From Lingula anatina (lineage: Eukaryota > Animalia > Brachiopoda), in contig CM120649.1 in the NCBI GenBank assembly GCA_051362555.1, positions 2,356,001 to 2,420,000 of the forward strand: DNA of 64,000 nt, read 5' to 3'. Positions 1-11,187 of this stretch are shown here, in pieces. The notes under the pieces are model-generated. The model was not told where the DNA came from, did no database searches, and worked only from the letters and a program-made list of their open reading frames with translations. The translations under genes and the position numbers were made by a program. How positions within the stretch are numbered: position 1 is the stretch's first letter; each line of letters begins with the position of its first letter.

Positions 1-404
1 CAAGATGCAGTCACTAGATGGCGGTAACATCTCAGGTCGCGTTTGGACTGATGTGACAAGAATGGTAGTCTGATAGAAACCGTAGTCCATTCCCCATAAT
101 GCTTAGGACAATTTTTTCGGAACAGGAAAATTTTACACATAAAAATTATCAAACACAAGCTGAAATATTTCAGCTCGTGTTTGATAATTTTCATGTTTGA
201 TCCAACTACCAAGCTAAATGAACAGTATTGCTCAGGAAAATTTTAGTTCACAGCTAGTGAATAGCCAGACAAAACGTGTATCTAGTGTTCTGTTCAAATA
301 TCTGTGGACCTGGCGGAGGGTAGAAACCCTGGCGATAAAGGAAAAGTTACCCAAATTTCAAGGTCGGAAATTACCCATATTTATTATAATTTATTATTAT
401 TATA

Positions 405-441
<37 letters not shown>

Positions 442-720
442 TTGTACCTTGAGCTTTTTATTTGATTTATTTAATATTTACCTTATTTTTGTATTTGGTA
501 ATATAAAAGTTTTAAGCACATTATGTGGTCTGAGCTCGGTCCTATTCTCTTTACACTACACACTTTACCCACTGAGGATATATTTTGTTTGGTTTTAATT
601 TGATGTGGTATGTGGATGATTACTAGATAAATGTTATATGTAAAAAATCCTCATGATGAAAAACCAACTATTGAGACTTGTGTGCATGAATTCAGATTTT
701 GGCTCACGACAAACTACTTA

Positions 721-966
721 GACACCATTACCATAGATTATCGTATTTACTATGGCTCCATCTTTCTCCTCTCCCGCTAAATTGTAATCAGATTAGGCGA
801 CTTAGATATCCAAAACGCCTACTGAAACTGCCAGGGGTTAATTAACCACGGTTTGGCAGATTCAGATGGCGTGCCAGACATCTAAGCCGCTTAAACTGAA
901 AGCAATTTAGCGAGAAACCTCCGGAGATGGATCGGACTTATTAGATCGATCTTGGTATGGGAACCC
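721..966. mobile_element. Foldback MITE, one per duplication unit
   Basis: Long imperfect palindrome centred near 840; paralogues at 18257, 26494, 41745 and 53093. Confidence 0.7.
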
Positions 967-1179
967 AGAAAAAAATCCTCAATGATGATAAAACTGAATT
1001 GATCTATTTCAACTCTAAATTTTACAAAGACAGCACAATACTACACAGTATCAGAGTTGAAGATATGTTAACACAACAATCGTTAGAACCAGGGTGTTAT
1101 TTTCAACAATAAATGTGGTATATGAAATCACACATTAACAAAGTGTGTAAATCATCATATTCAGTCTGCAACGAATATC

Positions 1180-1460
1180 TAAGATTCTGCACCTTATTAA
1201 CAGCAAGTACACAGAGCTACTTATCCATGCGTTTCTGACTTCTAGACATGATTATTGCAACATCCTGTTGTTCGAAATGCCTAACTGTCAAATGGGAAAA
1301 AAACAGTCTATACAGAATTCAGAATTCAGCAGCTCGTTCCCTTCGTAACCTCAGAAGTCACACCACATCACGTGATTCCCACATGTACAGCAGATCTTCG
1401 TTGGTTACCCACATCCAGCCTCAAAGAATAGCATATATGATATTATTATTGACTTTATAT
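1180..1460 (+). mobile_element. Decayed L2/CR1-group LINE ORF2 C-terminal fragment
   Basis: RIQNSAAR..LxWLP..QRIAYMILLLT motifs across frameshifts. Confidence 0.65.
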
Positions 1461-1473
1461 GAAAATATAATAG

Positions 1474-1477
<4 letters not shown>

Positions 1478-1550
<73 letters not shown>
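1478..1550. repeat. (TA)n microsatellite (others at about 4111-4154 and 61129-61160)
   Basis: Directly visible. Confidence 0.95.
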
Positions 1551-1554
<4 letters not shown>

Positions 1555-2537
1555 CTTTTAAAACTCTTCTTTCCAGTGGTCAATTTTAACTCCAGTGAAA
1601 CGATACCAAAAAGACCAAAAACATATTGTCACTGCAATTTTGAGATTGCTGCATTTATTTCGTGGAAGTTTTATTTACATATCAAATGTTGCTTTAAATA
1701 ATTTTTATCACTCTTTTGAAGGGAATTTTAAAAATCTTTTTTCATTTAAAGAATATTTTTATTAACTTAAATATTTTAGTTTTAAATATCTTTATGTTAG
1801 TTTTTAATTGTAGTTTTAGTTTTTATATATGTTTAATAGTGTAAGCAACACTGAGACGCACGTAGAGCGCGGTTTTAAAAGTGTTATTATTATTATTACT
1901 ATTTACATAAATCATTTGAAAATATTTGAAAAGTACCAAAGTCCGGGTGAATTGGCAGTGACAGGCTGGAAAGGTAATAAATGCTAAATCAATTACATTC
2001 CCCACCTTAATATTGAGCAGTAAACAATATGTCCCTGTACAAAATCAGATTACCAACTTAAAATAACTTCACAGACAATTAGCGTCTGGGTTAATTAACT
2101 ACTTCAGATCTGCTATCTCTTGTAATTAGTAGTGGCGGGCGGGGAAGGTAATAACTGCTTAATCATTGACATTCTCCTGTCCTAGTGTTGAGCGGTAAAC
2201 AAAACCTCCTTGAACAAAATGTTATCGAAGTCCCTACTTAGAATAACTTCACAGACAATCAGCGCATTGATTAATTAACTACTTCAGTTCTGCTATCTCT
2301 TGTATCAAGAGCCTCGTGGTGCGGTGTACAGCTCAGGTGACTCCAGCTATCAGGACGAGTGAGGTGTGTTCTCACGTACATGTGCACCCAAGTCTACTAC
2401 AAGTTAGTGCAGGCTTTAAGAAACATAAGTTGAAGGTATTTTAAAAGTTCTAAAACCCCGTTAAACAACATGTTAGACATTAGTAGTGGCGGGCGGGGAA
2501 GGTAATACTTGCTTGATCATTGACATTCCCCTATCTG

Positions 2538-2753
2538 AGACCCCATTTCCAGAAATTAGATCGATCTACTTTGGATCGACCTAACTCCCCGGGGGTTCAC
2601 GCTAAATAGCTGTCAGCCGAGCGGACACGAAAGATAATTACCCCCTTACAGCTTGTAGTAGGCGGGACGGACATTTAAGCCGGATCGTCTGACAGTAATC
2701 TAGTGAGACTCCCCGCGGGGATAGATCGATGTAAAAGCTCTGGGAATACAGCC
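2538..2753. mobile_element. Degenerate foldback MITE inserted in a hairpin-repeat unit
   Basis: Interrupts the CCTGTCC|TAGTGTTG consensus; imperfect TIRs CCATTTCCAGA / TCTGGGAATAC; the interior resembles the 721..966 family. Confidence 0.55.
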
Positions 2754-3811
2754 CTAGTGTTGAGCGGTAAACAACACCTCCTTGAACAAAATGTTATCGA
2801 AGTCCCTACTTAGAATAACTTCACAGACAATCAGCGCATTGATTAATTAACTACTTCAGTTCTGCTATCTCTTGTATCAAGAACCTCGTGGTGGGGCGTA
2901 CATCTCAGGTGACTACGGCTATCAGGACGAGTGAGGTGTGTTCTCACGTACACCCAAGTCTACAGTTAGTGCAGGCTTAAATGAGCCAGCTAGAATGTGT
3001 TCAACACAAGAATATAAACTAAACACCCGTGCTTTAAGTTCAACTTGATAATTGTTTTTTACACGTGAATGCAAATATTTTTTTTTTCTCTTTGCCGAGG
3101 AGGAAATGATATTGGAAAATCACTTGAAAAATATCTTTCGCTCATTAAAGGGATAATAACTCTTCCTGTGAGGTCTATCTTTCACAATAAAAACATTGTG
3201 AATAACAGTTTTTTTTAATCAAAATACCGTTTAAAGTGCAAACCCATGAAACTGCGTGAGGGGATAATCAAAAGGGCAGCCAAAGGTATTTGAGTTTATT
3301 AATTTTTACAAGTTACATGGCAGATAAAATCCATAATACTTTGATGTAATATTCATTAATAATGTCTGCAATATTTGCAGGCGTGGAAACAATCTTTAAC
3401 TTATTAATTACACAGGGAAGAAATCGAAAGTTAAAAAGATAAAGATACATGAATAGGTTACCTTTATCAAACCATGCCCGTGTGTGAGTGTTTGAGTGTG
3501 TGCGATTGTTATACACATACAAAGACCTACAGTTGATACTGAAAAATACCGACACCGCACCGGAACGTACAAGAACATGCTGTCGTTGTCTGAACAGCAG
3601 GCTGAGCGCTAAGACAATAAAGCATTCAAACTAATTGTGCTGTGCTACACTTGCCTATATCAAACATTGTCTCTTTATCGTGTTTACCAGGTATAAATTA
3701 TAGACACGTTAATATTTAATAAAATCAGGTGATTCTAACAGTCCATGGGTCCAAGGACGGAGGCGATAGGATAATACGGAAAATAAGAAGCCTTTTAAAG
3801 TTAAAATATGT

Positions 3812-4092
3812 AAGGTTCTTTACCTTATTGACAGCAAACAAACAGAGCTACTCATCCATGAATTTGTGGCTTCTAGACATGATTATTTCAAAATCCTTTT
3901 GTTCGGAATGCATAACTATCAAATGGGGAAAATCAGTCTATTCAGAATTCAGCAGCTCGTCTTCTTCGTAAACTCAGAAGTTCCAACATATCACGTGGTT
4001 CTCACATGTGCACCAGTTCTCCACGATCTTCATTGGTTACCCACATGCAACCTCAAAGAATAGTCTATAAGATATTATTATTGACTTTACAT
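3812..4092 (+). mobile_element. Decayed L2/CR1-group LINE fragment (further copies at about 26918-27072, 42168-42322 and 53388-53582)
   Basis: SRHDYFKILLFGM..PVLHDLHWLP..QRIVYKILLLT, resembling the SRLDYCNSLL/HITPVLxxLHWLP LINE motifs. Confidence 0.7.
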
Positions 4093-4106
4093 GAACAATA
4101 TAAGAG

Positions 4107-4159
<53 letters not shown>

Positions 4160-6211
4160 TTTTCTCTAGTGGTCAATTTCAACTAAAGCGAAACGATACC
4201 AAAAAGACTAAAAACATTTTGTCACAGGGGTTTTAAGATTGCGGCAATTATTTTGTGGTCCAAGTTTTATTAACGTATCAAATGTGGCTTTGAATGATTC
4301 TTATCACTCTTTTAAAAGGAATTTTAAAAATCTTTTTTTCATGTAAATGATATTTTGATTAACTTAAATATTTTAGCTTTAAATTTTTTTTGTTAGTTTT
4401 TAATTTATCTTTGTGGTTTTAGTTTTTATATGTTAGTGTAAGCAACACTGAGACGCACGTAGAGCGCGGTTTTAAAAATGTATTATTATTATTTACATAA
4501 ATCATTTGAAAATATTTGAAAAGTACCAAAGTCCGGGTGAATTGGCAGTGACAGGCTGGAAAGGTAATACATGCAAAACCATTGACATTCCCCGCCTTAA
4601 CAATGAGCAGTAAACAATTTGTCCCTGTACAAAATCAGATTACCAACTTTAAATAACTTCACAGACAATCAGCGTCTGGGATAATAAACTAGTTCAATTC
4701 TGCTATCTATTGTCTCATGTGCCTCGTCGTAGGTTTAAATGATCCATCTACAATGTGTTGAAAATCAGAATATAAACTAAATCCCTGGAAATTACCACCT
4801 AGATAATTGAGAAATTTTCCCTTTATCGCTAAACATATGGGGCGACTTATATTGGCAGTATCCAAGATACGTGTGCAGGGCGTACATCTCGGGTGACTCT
4901 AGCTATCAGGACGAGTGAGGTGTGTTCTCACGTACACCCAAGTCTACAGTTAGTGCACACTTAAAGAACCATAGTATGAAGGTATTTGGAAAGTTCCAAA
5001 ACCCCGTAAAAATAAGATCTTAATCATTGGTAGTGTCGGGCGGGGAAGGTAATGATTGCTTAATCATTGACATTCTCCTGTCCTTGTATTGAGCGGTAAA
5101 CAAGACCTCCTTGAGCAAAATGTTATCGAAGTCCCTACTTAGAATAACTTCACAGACAATCAGCGCATTGATTAATTAACTACTTCAGTTCTGCTATGTC
5201 TTTATCAAGTGCCTCGTGGTGCGGTGTACAGCTCATGTGACTCCGGTTATCAGGACGATTGAAGTGTGTTCTCACGTACACCCAAGTGTCCAGTTAGTGC
5301 AGGTTTAAATGAATGTGTTCAACATTAGAATATAAACAAAATCGCAGTGATTGAAAGTAAACTTGATAATTGGCTATTACACTTGAATGCAGTTATTTTC
5401 TCTTTTTCCGATTAGGAAATGAAATCGCAATATTCCCTGAAACATTTATTCTGAAGTGCAAACCCATGAAATATATATATATATATACAGTAAAATTGTA
5501 GTGACAGGCTGGAGAGATAAAAAATGATAAATCATTGACATATCCCGCCTAAATCATCAGCAGTAAACAGCATCTCCTTAAACGAAATGTTTTCGCATTG
5601 CCAACTTAGAATAACTTCACAAACAATCAGCTAGTTTGTTTTTGCTATCTCCTGTAACAAGTGCCTCGCGGTACGGTGTACAGCTTAGGTGACTACGGCT
5701 ATCAGGACGAGTGAGGTGTGTTCTCACGTACACCCAAGTCTACAGTTGTTCTCACGTACACCCAAGCCTACAGTTAGTGTTGATATAAAGAGCTATTGTT
5801 TGAAGGTATTTGGAAAGTTCTAAAACCACGTAAAATAAGATGTTAATCATTGACATTCCATTGTCTTTGTATTGAGAAATAAGCTACATGTCCTTGAACA
5901 AAATGTTTTCAAATTCCTTACTTAGAATAACTTCACAGAAAATCAGCGTCTAGGTTAATAAAGTAGCACAGTTCTATCTCTTGAATCATGTGCCTTGTGG
6001 TTCGGTGTACAGCTCAGGTGACTCCAGCTATCAGGACGAGTGAGGTGGGTTCTCACGTACACCCAAGTCTACAGTTAGTGCATATTTAAATGTGCCATCT
6101 AGAATGTGTTCAACATAAGAATATAAACTAAATCGCCGTGATTAAAATTAAACTTGATAATTGGCTAGTACACTTGAATGTATTTTTTTCTTTTTTTCTT
6201 TTTTTTTCTTT

Positions 6212-6262
<51 letters not shown>

Positions 6263-6786
6263 TGGCCATGTGTGTGTCTGAGTGTGTGCGATTGTTGCAC
6301 TCGTATAAAGATCTACAGTTGATAATGAAAACTACCGACACCACACCGAAACGTACAGGAACACGCTGTCGGTGGAAGGATTGTCTGAACAGCAGGCTGA
6401 GCGCTAAAACAAAGAAGTCAATTTAACAGCGCTGCACTTGCCTATATCAATTACTATTGTCTCTTATCGTGTTTACAAGGTATAAATTTCAGACACGTTA
6501 ATATATAATAAAATCAGGTGATGCGTTAACAGTCCATAGATGAAAGGAGGGTGGCGATAGGACAATACAGCAAATTACCTATAAAACTAGATCTGAAATT
6601 TATGCTAGAATTCAAATTGTTATGAATACAATCATGGTGCATTGTTTTCACAAAGGAATAAAACGTGCACAAGATGCTCGATGACAAAAGAACATTTGGT
6701 AACATCTGGACTCTTCGGTCATCAAAGTGTATGCTACCCTTGCTACCCTCACCAGTCAGGTGACGCGGCCTTGTGTTCTTGTACAG

Positions 6787-6822
6787 TATATAACACAGAC
6801 ACGGTGTTTAACAATCCAGTCA
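6787..6822 (+). promoter_or_regulatory. TATA box plus Inr of TRIM copy 1
   Basis: TATATAA at 6787; the A of CCAGT at 6818 is 31 nt downstream; conserved in copies 3, 4 and 6. Confidence 0.6.
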
Positions 6823-6906
6823 ACGACAGAAAATGCGCCGTTTTAAAGTGACGAGTCATATTATACAACCTTTTGGCTATATGTAACCCTTATTGAACTT
6901 AGTGTC

Positions 6907-8754
6907 ATGGCATCAAAGAAGTTGTACGAGGAGTTCAGTGACAATTTTCTCACGTGTCACATCTGTCTTCATGAGTATGAAGACCCGCGTGTCCTCCCAT
7001 GCTATCACACTTTCTGCCTGGCTTGCCTTGCCCAGCACGTGGCAGCAAGTGGGACTGGAGGCAACATCACGTGTCCAGTGTGCCGCCAGGAGGCGCCTGT
7101 TCCACCAGGTGGGTTGGAGAAACTTGTCCGTAACTTTTTTTTGTCTAAGGTGAAGGACTTCATGTTGACAACAGAGAATAAAGACAAAATGTGCGGTAAC
7201 TGTCACTCACAAGCAGCTCAATTTTACTGTCAAGATTGCAAACATTTTTTCTGTGAGAACTGTCGTCAAAAACAACATGACGCTATAAACTTCTTGCGGG
7301 GACACACAATGCTTTCAGTTTGTGATCACGATAAGCAAGTCCAGCAAGAAATGGACGCTACGCGATTTTGTGATAAGCACAAAGGACAACAGTTAAACTT
7401 TTATTGCACAGATGATGATGTTGTTGTGTGTCGTGACTGTATTCTCACCAAACACAACAAACACAACTGTGTAGACATTGCAGATGAAGCAGAAATCCAT
7501 AAAGAGAATATAAACAGTGCCTTTAATGGTGTATCTACGAACATCGCGCTGTTTGAAAAAGCAGAGTCAGAAATATCTAAGCAACAGAAAGATACAACTG
7601 ACGCCGTCAACAAAACGGTGGCCGACATACAACAACAGGAGGCGGATATTATAAAAGAGGTTCAGCTTATTTCTGCTAAGTTGATAGCAGAAGCAAAAGA
7701 CCACGCCGCAACGCACATGAAGTCTCTCGAGGCTGAGAAAAATCGCGTTCAACTACAGAAAGTATCCATCCACAGCACATGTGAGTTTGCCAAACAGCTT
7801 GTTCAACATGGCTCCCACTCGGAGGTGATAGCACACGCTAAAAATATCCAAGCAAGGATGAAAGAACTGAACAATGTTAGACCCACCGTACAGGTAAAAA
7901 CAACAGAGATCGCTTTCAGTAAAGGAAAATTTCCAGTAGACTTCTTTGGCCACGTAAAGAAGTTAGAATGGCTAAATGCTGCATCTTTGGTGGGTGAGTT
8001 TGGTAGCAGTATGAACAATGTATGGGACATATCATGCAGTCAAAGTGGTACGATATATTTAGTTTGTAACCAATCGGCTAAACTTGCAGCTATATCACCA
8101 TCTTATGAGGTGATATTCCAAGTTGATGTACCAGGTCTCAGTGGTGTCACCGTGCTCAGTGATGACAGACTGGTGGTGACATGCTATGATGGATGCCGAG
8201 TGTATTCCTCCTCCGGAAAACATATCCAAACATTTGGTCACGGTGACATGTTCTACCCCCAGGGTGTTACAGTGGACAACAATGGAAACATACTTGTCTG
8301 TGACCAAATCAATAAATGCATCTGTGTGTATGACGCTATGCAGTACAATCTTATCAATAAGATCAGTGTTTCTATGTGTGAAGATCCACAATACATTGCA
8401 GTGCTCCCATGTCGTGATACCATTGTGGTGAGTGAGTGGAGGGGACAGTGTGTGTATGGAGTGACCCCCCAGGGTGATGTAGTGTTCCAGTATGGTACAC
8501 CAGGTGAGAAAGGCCCAGGTGATGGATACCTGGACCACCCCTGGGGAGTGTGTACAGACAGCGTGGGGCACATCTTCATTGCTGACCAGGGTAATAAGAG
8601 GGTGGTTGTTCTGACCTCAGATGGTCAACTGTTGAGATACGTGGTGGGTCCACAAAAGGTTTCAGAACCATGGGGTGTGACCATTGATAACAAAGGACAG
8701 CTTGTAGTGGGGGAAGATGAAGACAAGGTGAAAACATTTCGCTATGTTTCTTAA
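6907..8754 (+). CDS. TRIM-NHL E3 ubiquitin ligase (TRIM2/3/56-like), copy 1; intact single-exon ORF, 615 aa
   Basis: C3HC4 RING (CHIC..PCYHTFCLAC..CPVC), B-box1 (CGNC..C..C..C..C..H..H), B-box2 (CDKH..C..D..C..C..H..H), coiled coil and NHL repeats (PWGVCTDSVGHIFIAD.GNKRVVV). Confidence 0.95.
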   Translation: MASKKLYEEFSDNFLTCHICLHEYEDPRVLPCYHTFCLACLAQHVAASGTGGNITCPVCRQEAPVPPGGLEKLVRNFFLSKVKDFMLTTENKDKMCGNCHSQAAQFYCQDCKHFFCENCRQKQHDAINFLRGHTMLSVCDHDKQVQQEMDATRFCDKHKGQQLNFYCTDDDVVVCRDCILTKHNKHNCVDIADEAEIHKENINSAFNGVSTNIALFEKAESEISKQQKDTTDAVNKTVADIQQQEADIIKEVQLISAKLIAEAKDHAATHMKSLEAEKNRVQLQKVSIHSTCEFAKQLVQHGSHSEVIAHAKNIQARMKELNNVRPTVQVKTTEIAFSKGKFPVDFFGHVKKLEWLNAASLVGEFGSSMNNVWDISCSQSGTIYLVCNQSAKLAAISPSYEVIFQVDVPGLSGVTVLSDDRLVVTCYDGCRVYSSSGKHIQTFGHGDMFYPQGVTVDNNGNILVCDQINKCICVYDAMQYNLINKISVSMCEDPQYIAVLPCRDTIVVSEWRGQCVYGVTPQGDVVFQYGTPGEKGPGDGYLDHPWGVCTDSVGHIFIADQGNKRVVVLTSDGQLLRYVVGPQKVSEPWGVTIDNKGQLVVGEDEDKVKTFRYVS

Positions 8755-9242
8755 CTACAATTGAAGTAATATATCAGACGTAACCGAAACGTTGTGAACA
8801 TTTTTACCACAAAAAGAGAGAAGAATTACAGCGAAACTTTGTGCATGAACATTATTTGTTGAACACATTATTATGGATATTTCTGAAATTATAACTGTTA
8901 TATTGGAAGGTGATGATATTGGTTAAAAAATTATTAGTTAAATGATAATGGGAGAGGAAAATAATTCATTATGTACGTTAAATTCTATAAACTAACCAAT
9001 TTCATGGCGAGGTTCAAAAGTGACAACAAAATAAATTTAATTGTTGTTTGTACTCTTTTTCGCACTTTTACAGTCAAGTGTATACTACTGTGTAATAAAA
9101 TTACAATCTTTTATTTGAACAATAATGCAGTTTGATATGTTTCTTAGAAAAGGACAATACATTGTACAACAATTAACTGATTTAACCTTTACTGAATCAA
9201 ATGTACATCTAACAAGCTTGGACGTTCTTTTATATTCTTGTA

Positions 9243-9248
9243 AATAAA
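9243..9248 (+). terminator. Candidate polyadenylation signal of TRIM copy 1; GTAAATAAATG is conserved downstream of all six copies
   Basis: AATAAA in the same context at about 15148, 23468, 32373, 37827 and 50187; other AATAAA hexamers also occur nearby. Confidence 0.4.
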
Positions 9249-9820
9249 TGCTTTTGAAATATCGTCAGTTATACCAGTATTTACTGTGAGACCATGCAGC
9301 AGCAATATTATAACACTTACGTAAGCGCTGGGACATTATGGTTTACCTCCATCTCACCGCGATATCCACAAGAAGGCGGACACAAGTCACCGTTATCGCG
9401 TCTCCTCACACACTACACGTGGATTAGCTACTTGGACCTGAGGTCACACCCTCAACTTGACATTCTAAGTTTTAGGTTATTTTGGGGCATTTGCATAGGT
9501 CGAAATGCACTATTGTCACATTTTTTTTCAAAGTAAATTAGCAATATCTCGTATTATTTCCATGTTATCCTTCTTTTCATGTTCAAATATGTGAGTTTGG
9601 ACATCAGTTGTATTTTATTTTACAAAAAAAAAAAAAAAAAAAAATGAAATGCTGACTACTCCCTCTCTCTCAAATAATCGCAAAGGAAATTCAACGAACG
9701 ATCTCTACTAAATTGAGATTGCCGTTTCTTTAGGATAATCATTTTTTTCTGTTTTCGCGGTTATTTTCAAGCCCATGGATCGCTGAACATAAAATTGATG
9801 GCTTGGCGTCCCGTTGTGCT

Positions 9821-9855
<35 letters not shown>

Positions 9856-11187
9856 TTTTTGTATTTCACTAGTAAAAGTTTGAGCATGCTATGACGACCG
9901 CGGTGTCGTCTGCCTCTTCATAAGTTGCGCCTTCCCTGTAAGCGTCATACACGGCCGCGTCCTTTTTTGTGTTTTCCCCGTGTTTTTTCGGTTTGGTGTC
10001 CGTACTTATCAGTATCAACTGTAGATCCACGCTCACCTATCACATTCTGACCGTTGAACTCCCCGTAAAACCCCTCCGAGACCAGTGTACCATCTACAGG
10101 TCACTTACGGGTCTATATTTGAAAGGGCGGAGAGATACACAAAAAAAACGACAAAAATTATTCCATTTTGTTTAAAAAAAAGTCACACTGAATGCTCTAA
10201 TGAGGCAAATATATTTGTGATATTCATTTTTTTTATATATTAAAGCTAAAAAATGGGTTTCCTCATTCTCTCATACACGGGCCATAATGTTGATCTAGCA
10301 CTACTAGTTTATGTATCTCTGTATAGAACTCTGATTTCAGCTAAAATAATATGACGCCTTATCTTAATAATACTTATGATAACACGGACTACAGCCAATA
10401 GATGGCGGTAGGATCTAAGGCCGTGTTTCGACCGGGTTTATATATCAAAATAATAATGTTTTTTACATCTAAAAAAAGAGTAAGATGACCGAAAAAAGAC
10501 AGAAAATAACAAAACGAAAAGAAAAGCATTGTTGCTTAAATTTAGGTAGAATATGTAATCCTTGAATTGTTGGCAACCCGCTTTATCATCTAATATCAAT
10601 TTGTCTAATAAATAGGCCGACCTAAGTTTTTTTAATGACGTGTAATTATATTTATTATTACTGAAGATCCCAATTTAAACCAAGAAGTATTTTGGTTTAG
10701 CGCTTTTTAGATTTTTATTAAAACATTGAATTTTTACGAGGCTATAAATCGTCTCCTGTATATTAGTGCTTTTACCTCGCTTTCGAGGAAATTGTTGATC
10801 ATTTCCCGGCAGTGAAAGTGTAATGCGTGGCGACCCTTATTTCGCCGACCTGGTGGGTTTTTCTGATATGTAGTGCCTAAAATTAACCTTCCTACATTAT
10901 AACATGCAATTAGAAATAACATTCACACTAGCGATCAAGCACTATGTCTTTATCAAGGGTGAGAGAAGGGTGGAAAATTCCCTTGGGGTACACATATTAC
11001 ACTGTAAATACAAAAGGCAAATACAATAAAGGCAAAATAAATGTTTTTCTAAGGAAAGCCCGCTGGCTTTACTTTTTCAACAAAATATTTCCAATATAAT
11101 TTTTCAAAAAGACACCAGGAAGCAAAATAAATTAAATCAACCAAACGGTTAACACCGGCTGGCTTTATTTCCAACAAAACGCTTTCG

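Larger units (their letters stand above)
1955..6082. repeat. Cluster of six hairpin-rich ~280-nt repeat units upstream of TRIM copy 1
   Basis: Core GCCTCGTGGTGGGGCGTACATCTCAGGTGACTCCAGCTATCAGGACGAGTGAGGTGTGTTCTCACGTACACCCAAGTCTACAGTTAGTGCA at about 2311, 2882, 4877, 5210, 5662 and 5992. Confidence 0.85.

Noticed and set aside
218-598. Hydrophobic 'membrane protein' ORFs (also 17696, 17842, 1248, 4006, 6178)
   Set aside because: They are read through (TTA)n, (TA)n or (TTTA)n microsatellites, and the frames are not preserved among paralogous units.
2892-2956. Bona fide tRNA gene
   Set aside because: No TTCRA T-loop or B box, no proper D or anticodon arm, no poly-T terminator.
2311-6082. CRISPR-like array or hammerhead retrozyme reading of the repeated core
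   Set aside because: The context is eukaryotic, the spacers are homologous rather than unique, there are no cas genes, and I found no CTGANGA..GAAA hammerhead core on either strand of the unit. Twister and HDV cores were not convincingly matched by eye.
6893-8579. Recurrent antisense and alternative-frame ORFs overlapping each TRIM
   Set aside because: They are shadows of the paralogous CDS, with variable lengths and no recognisable domains.
7980-8754. Diversity-generating retroelement as the source of NHL variability
   Set aside because: There is no intact reverse transcriptase or non-coding template repeat in the window, and the substitutions are not visibly adenine-specific.
9285-9450. 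Conserved GC-richer block downstream of five TRIM copies as a hidden exon
   Set aside because: No conserved reading frame or splice sites on either strand; the similarity is explained by recent duplication.
10970-10983. NF-kB-like sites (GGAAAATTCCC; also near 366, 26163 and 38440)
   Set aside because: Short degenerate motifs expected by chance in AT-rich DNA; the 10970 site is not conserved in the paralogue at about 33740.
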